Part shown: positions 60,039 to 64,000 of the stretch, piece by piece
Layout of the letters: each line of letters begins with the position of its first letter
How positions within the stretch are numbered: the first letter of the stretch is position 1
Assembly: GCA_019322485.1 (NCBI GenBank)
Contig: JAHWIK010000027.1
Span: 9,871 to 73,870, forward strand
Length of the DNA: 64,000 nt
Source of the DNA: Candidatus Woesearchaeota archaeon
GTDB lineage: Archaea; Nanobdellota; Nanobdellia; Woesearchaeales; JAHWIC01
Direction of reading: 5' to 3'
Made by a program: the position numbers and the translations under genes
Notes under the pieces: generated by a model
Seen by the model: the letters and a program-made list of their open reading frames with translations, nothing else
Told to the model about the DNA's origin: nothing
The model's database searches: none

Positions 60039-61895
60039 ATGGCTAATAAAGAAAAACAACCTAAAAAAGAGGAAAAACCTAAAGCTCCTGAAGGTGCAAA
60101 GGCAAAAGAACAGGAGATTCTTTCTAAGCTTCCAAAAGAAGCGCAGGAAAAGCTTAAAGAGATAAAGTCAAAGCTGGATAAATTCCAGAAAAGGGTAATT
60201 GAGAAGTTTGATAAGTATATTATGGGTATTGCTCTGCTGCCTCCACCAAAGCCAAAAAAGGAAGGTGAAAAGGTAGACAAGGACAAGATAAATGTTCTGG
60301 TGCTTGTTGATGATTCTGACAGTAAAAAGATGGGTAAGGGTGAGCTGAAGAAGAAGCTCCTTACAATTATAGACGGCATTGCAGTTGACATCGACAAAAA
60401 CATCTTTCCTGATGTTGTTCTATTATCTGATTTATGGCAGTCATGCTATGACGGTAAATATGATTTACTGCAGTTAATTGCCTTATCAGCCCCTATATTT
60501 GACAAGGGAATGCTTTCAGCAGTTAAGATAGCTGAAGTCCATAAGACTATGGTTCTAAAGAAGTTTGAGAAGTATATTGTGAGCTATGTTTTGGCAGGGA
60601 GCCTTGTACAAGGAAGGGCAACAAAAGAAAGTGACATTGATGTCTGGATTGTGATTGATGATACTGATGTCAAAAAGATGACAAGGGCTGAGCTAAAGGA
60701 TAAGCTAAGGGCAATTATCATAGGAATGGGCATTGAGGCTGGTGATATTACAGGAATAAGAAACAAGATAAACATACAAGTGTATATCCTAACTGACTTC
60801 TGGGACAGCCTGAAAGAAGCAAATCCAATTATCTTCACCTTGTTAAGGGATGGTGTTCCATTCTATGACAGGGGCGTATTTATGCCATGGAAACTGCTGC
60901 TAAAGATGGGAAAGATAAAGCCGTCTGCAGAGGCAATTGATATGTTCATGAGTTCTGGGGACCAGATGATGAAGAGGGTAGAGTTCAAATTAAAGGACAT
61001 AGGGATGGAAGACATCTATTATGCATTATTAACTCCATCACAGGCTGCATTAATGCTTTATGGTGTTGCACCGCCTTCGCCAAGGGAAACAGCAGAGCTT
61101 ATGAGGGATATCTTTGTTAAAAAGGAGAAATTGATGGAAGATAAATTCATTAAGATACTTGAGAATATTATACAGGTAAGGAAAGACATTGAGCATGGAA
61201 CCAAAAAAGGACTAACAGGAAAAGAGGTTGATGAGCTATTGGGTGATGCGGATAAATACCTAAAAAGGATAAAGAGGCTTTTCTCACAGATAGAAAAAAC
61301 AAGGGAAGAAGAAGACATGGTTCATATCTATGACAGTATTGTTACAATAATAAGGGATGTCCTAAGGATGGAAGGTGTTGAACGTGTAAGTGATGTTGAG
61401 GTAGTGAAAATTTTTGAGGACGAGCTTATTGCGCAGGGAAAGATACCAGCAAAGTTCTTAAGAAGCCTGAATGAGATAATAAAAGCAAAGAAAGACTATG
61501 ACGATAAAAAGCTAACAAAACAGGAAGTTGAGAAGGTAAAGCAGGAAGCTGGAGCATTCGTTAAATTCCTGGTTGAGCACATGCAAAGAAAACGAGGCAG
61601 GGAATTGGAAAGAGCAAAGATAAGGGTAAAGCATGGCAACAGGTTTGGAGAGGTTCTTTTGCTTGGAGATGTTGCTTTTATCATACATGATATTGACAAG
61701 GAAGAAAAGGAAATGAGCAAGGCAAAGATTAATCCTGACGGCAGCTTAGGAACAACACACACCAGCTCATTAGAGGAATTGGAAAAATCTCTTGCAAAGG
61801 TTGAGATTCCGCCAAAGGTATTCATCAAGGAACCAATCTTTGAGGACTTGAAGAAGATATTTGGGAAGGATGTTGAAGTTCTGGTTAATTATTAG
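60039..61895 (+). CDS. Nucleotidyltransferase (Pol-beta superfamily) domain protein, 618 aa
   Basis: GSLVQGRATKESDIDVWIVIDD is the G-S...D-x-D minimal nucleotidyltransferase motif. An upstream degenerate copy INVLVLVDDSD has the same downstream layout. The N-terminus is Lys-rich and the C-terminal half is helical. Confidence 0.65.
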   Translation: MANKEKQPKKEEKPKAPEGAKAKEQEILSKLPKEAQEKLKEIKSKLDKFQKRVIEKFDKYIMGIALLPPPKPKKEGEKVDKDKINVLVLVDDSDSKKMGKGELKKKLLTIIDGIAVDIDKNIFPDVVLLSDLWQSCYDGKYDLLQLIALSAPIFDKGMLSAVKIAEVHKTMVLKKFEKYIVSYVLAGSLVQGRATKESDIDVWIVIDDTDVKKMTRAELKDKLRAIIIGMGIEAGDITGIRNKINIQVYILTDFWDSLKEANPIIFTLLRDGVPFYDRGVFMPWKLLLKMGKIKPSAEAIDMFMSSGDQMMKRVEFKLKDIGMEDIYYALLTPSQAALMLYGVAPPSPRETAELMRDIFVKKEKLMEDKFIKILENIIQVRKDIEHGTKKGLTGKEVDELLGDADKYLKRIKRLFSQIEKTREEEDMVHIYDSIVTIIRDVLRMEGVERVSDVEVVKIFEDELIAQGKIPAKFLRSLNEIIKAKKDYDDKKLTKQEVEKVKQEAGAFVKFLVEHMQRKRGRELERAKIRVKHGNRFGEVLLLGDVAFIIHDIDKEEKEMSKAKINPDGSLGTTHTSSLEELEKSLAKVEIPPKVFIKEPIFEDLKKIFGKDVEVLVNY

Positions 61896-61914
61896 AAAAT
61901 ATCAATAAAAAATA

Positions 61915-62044
61915 AATCTGATTTTTGCTTAAGGAGTATGTTAAAGCAAAAATCATCCACTGCAGTCCATTATATTCTAACTTAAAGGGAAGTAAGTGGA
62001 TGAAAATTCCTTTATAGTGGTTGTGAAGGGAATTTTCAGATTTA
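61915..62044 (+). repeat. Three-hairpin intergenic element, copy D
   Basis: H1 is CTGATTTTTGCTT(A)/(T)AAGCAAAAATCA. H2 is CATCCAC/GTGGATG, a compensated change relative to copy C. H3 is GAAAATTCC/GGAATTTTC. Closing AAATCTG/CAGATTT. Confidence 0.85.
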
Positions 62045-62120
62045 ATTGTTTTAATTAATAATAAATCAAAACAATAAATTTATATAATGGTTAGAATTAA
62101 CTTTTTTCTGGGGTGGTTAG

Positions 62121-62675
62121 ATGAAGACTGGTTATAAAGTTCTTGATGCAATGACTACAAAGCCTGTTACTGCGCTGCCAGATACCATGCTGCAGGAATG
62201 CGCTAAGATTATGGCAAAGGAGCATGTTGGTGCTTTGATAATAAGAAAGGACGGTATTCTTCTTGGTGTAATAACTGAACAGGATGTTGTAAGAAAGCTT
62301 GTTGCAGAAGGTATCAACCCGGTAAATGAAAAGGTAGAGGATTATATGGAGAAAAACATAGAAACAATTGGCCCTGAAGTTGATATCTATGAAGCGTTAA
62401 TCAAGATGAGGGATTTGAACATAAGGCATCTTCCTGTTGTTGATTCTGGAGAGATGGTTGGTTTATTGACCCTGAAAGATATCCTTAAGATTGAACCGCA
62501 GCTTTTTGACTTTTTGGTTGAGAGGTTTGTAATAAAGGAAGAGACAAGAAAGCCAATACATGAGGTAGCTAAAGAAGGAATCTGCCAGGGCTGCGGCACA
62601 TTTTCAGAAGAATTAATAGAAGTTAGCGATACCTTGCTCTGCAAGGTTTGCGCCAAGGAACAGAAAAAAGTATAG
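62121..62675 (+). CDS. CBS-pair domain protein with C-terminal zinc ribbon
   Basis: Two CBS units (VLDAMTTKPVTALPDTMLQECAKIMAKEHVGALIIRKDGILLGVITEQDVVRKL; ...IKMRDLNIRHLPVVDSGEMVGLLTLKDILK), then CQGCG...CKVC. RBS GGGGTGGT lies upstream. Confidence 0.85.
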   Translation: MKTGYKVLDAMTTKPVTALPDTMLQECAKIMAKEHVGALIIRKDGILLGVITEQDVVRKLVAEGINPVNEKVEDYMEKNIETIGPEVDIYEALIKMRDLNIRHLPVVDSGEMVGLLTLKDILKIEPQLFDFLVERFVIKEETRKPIHEVAKEGICQGCGTFSEELIEVSDTLLCKVCAKEQKKV

Positions 62676-62696
62676 CTTTTTCTAATTCGACTAATT

Positions 62697-62711
62697 CGAA
62701 AACTTTATATA
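62697..62711 (+). promoter_or_regulatory. BRE/TATA-like promoter element (CGAAAACTTTATATA)
   Basis: Ends 25 nt before the ATG at 62736. Confidence 0.5.
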
Positions 62712-62735
62712 GTGACTTGTCAATAAATTTGAGTA

Positions 62736-63296
62736 ATGAAAGCGAAGGATGTGTATGGAGGTATGGATACCCCTACAGTTTACATCAGATACAAAGGAAT
62801 CTGGGATATGCAGGATTTGTATCAATCAATGGTTGATTACTTTAGGCGCAAAAAATACAAGTTCTATGAGAGGGTTTACAAGCATAAGCATCCAAGCCCT
62901 TTTGGTATTGAGCGCCAGTATATGTGGAGAGCTACAAGAAAGGAATCTGAATACCTGCAGTTCCAGATTGACATTTACTATCATACCTACGATGCTCATG
63001 ACATTGAGGTTGTAATGGCTGATAGCACAAAGAAGACATTCACAAAAGGCAGGATATGGATGGAGTTTACAGGCAAGGTTATCTATGACTGGGAAAAAAG
63101 GTGGCAGGATAATGTGTTTTATGCAGAATTAAAGAATTTCTTCGATAAGTATATAATAAGAAAAAAGATGGAGCACATGTGGTGGGACCAGCTTTGGTAC
63201 AGGGAAATCCATAAGCTGCATGAGATCGTAAAGGAGAAGCTGAAAATGGAATCGCAGGAATATGAACACAGGTTCTGGACAGGGGTGCATGAATAA
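62736..63296 (+). CDS. Trp/Tyr/Lys-rich protein of unknown family, tandem paralog 1 (186 aa)
   Basis: VYIRYKGIWDMQDLYQSMVDYFRRKKYKFYERVYKHKHPSPFGIERQYMWRA... is nearly colinear with the next gene. No family recognised. Confidence 0.7.
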   Translation: MKAKDVYGGMDTPTVYIRYKGIWDMQDLYQSMVDYFRRKKYKFYERVYKHKHPSPFGIERQYMWRATRKESEYLQFQIDIYYHTYDAHDIEVVMADSTKKTFTKGRIWMEFTGKVIYDWEKRWQDNVFYAELKNFFDKYIIRKKMEHMWWDQLWYREIHKLHEIVKEKLKMESQEYEHRFWTGVHE

Positions 63297-63865
63297 TGCC
63301 AATAACTGTTAAAGATATTTACGATAAACCAGGAACACCTACTGCTTATATAAGGTATAAAGGAATCTGGAATATGCAGGATTTGTATCAGGTTATGGTT
63401 GATTTCTTTCGCAGGAGAAAATTTAAGTTCTATGAGAGGATATACAAGCATAAGCATCCAAGCCCTTTTGGTATTGAGCGGCAGTATGTCTGGAGGGCAG
63501 AGAGAAAGGAATCAGAGTACAGGCAGTTGATTGTTGATGTCTATTATCATGTATATGACGCGTATAATGTTGATGTTGTTCTGCCAGACGGTAAAAAGAA
63601 AACCATGGTTAAGGGCAGGCTTTGGATGGAGTTCAAAGGGAATATACAGTATGACTGGGAAAAGAGATGGCAGGATAATGTTTTTTGGGCAGAACTTAAG
63701 AACTTTTTTAATAAATATATAATAAGGAAAAAATGGGAGCAGATATGGTTCCACCAGCTGTGGACCAGAGAGATACACGGAGTTATTGCTGTGGTTAGAG
63801 AAAAGCTGAAAATGGAATCAAAGGGCCATGAGTATCGTTATAAGACTGGTGTGCATAAGCAATAA
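63296..63865 (+). CDS. Tandem paralog 2 (189 aa)
   Basis: TAATG overlap with paralog 1. AYIRYKGIWNMQDLYQVMVDFFRRRKFKFYERIYKHKHPSPFGIERQYVWRA... The stretch TACAAGCATAAGCATCCAAGCCCTTTTGGTATTGAGCG is identical in both genes. Confidence 0.7.
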   Translation: MPITVKDIYDKPGTPTAYIRYKGIWNMQDLYQVMVDFFRRRKFKFYERIYKHKHPSPFGIERQYVWRAERKESEYRQLIVDVYYHVYDAYNVDVVLPDGKKKTMVKGRLWMEFKGNIQYDWEKRWQDNVFWAELKNFFNKYIIRKKWEQIWFHQLWTREIHGVIAVVREKLKMESKGHEYRYKTGVHKQ

Positions 63866-63915
63866 TAGGAAAAATAGAAAAGAATATAAGCTTATCATTC
63901 GTTAAATAAGATAAA

Positions 63916-64000
63916 ATGTCTGATTTAAGGATAATAGTTGACCATATACAATTTGAGTATTCTGGATTGTTTGACCTAAATAATCTTTTCAAGATGGTGG
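63916..64000 (+). CDS. Probable third, more divergent paralog, 3'-truncated by window end
   Basis: ATG at 63916, open to the window end: MSDLRIIVDHIQFEYSGLFDLNNLFKMV. The pattern (I/V)-x-(F/Y)-x-Y-x-G-(I/L)-(W/F)-D-(M/L)-x-(D/N)-L-(Y/F) parallels the N-termini of the two upstream genes. Confidence 0.45.
   Translation, partial: MSDLRIIVDHIQFEYSGLFDLNNLFKMV

Noticed and set aside
59924-60403. 159-aa minus-strand ORF across the 59918-60038 promoter region and the 5' end of the nucleotidyltransferase gene
   Set aside because: Its Ser/Phe/Leu-rich translation is the mirror of the Lys/Glu-rich N-terminus of the + strand gene. It would also run through two BRE/TATA boxes.

Overview
Archaeal, low-GC contig, probably from a small-genome DPANN-type archaeon. 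That inference rests on RNase P protein component 4 (Rpp21), recurrent BRE/TATA boxes of the form CGAAAG-N-TTTATATA 23-37 nt upstream of start codons, GAGGT/GGTG ribosome-binding sites, standard stop codons, and coding capacity dominated by giant secreted proteins. Recognisable housekeeping is sparse: rnp4 (2641-2967), metG (28903-30972), a MinD/ParA ATPase, a SpoIIM-like membrane protein, a CBS-pair protein and a Pol-beta-type nucleotidyltransferase. I recognised no rRNA, tRNA, CRISPR array, transposase or integrase. The rest is accessory. (i) 1-27.5 kb holds giant (867-2216 aa) sequon-rich surface proteins built from shared paralogous modules. The three paralogous giants (1313-2216 aa) are each translationally coupled to a small DNA-binding protein, and the largest also to the MinD/ParA ATPase. 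These DNA-binding proteins are a <60-aa ribbon-helix-helix gene missed by the ORF track (a second such gene heads the operon at 41084) and two tandem sigma-region-4-like HTH proteins. The promoters here carry iteron-like TACTTACAT arrays phased at about 21-22 bp and perfect palindromes. (ii) 31.0-57.3 kb is a duplicated, tightly coupled operonic module of four uncharacterised protein families. A has a signal peptide, an Ig-like array and a Cys-rich polytopic C-terminus. B is an N-anchored acidic protein with a shared C-terminal domain. C comprises 631-788 aa proteins with class III / type IV-pilin-like N-termini. D is a ~270 aa polytopic membrane protein. This module is my best candidate for an undescribed envelope or host-contact apparatus. 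(iii) There are four copies of a ~125-nt three-hairpin intergenic element with stem-preserving covariation. One copy sits exactly in an A-B gene junction that is empty in the paralogous operon. All family names come from memory of motifs; nothing was searched or computed beyond hand counting.
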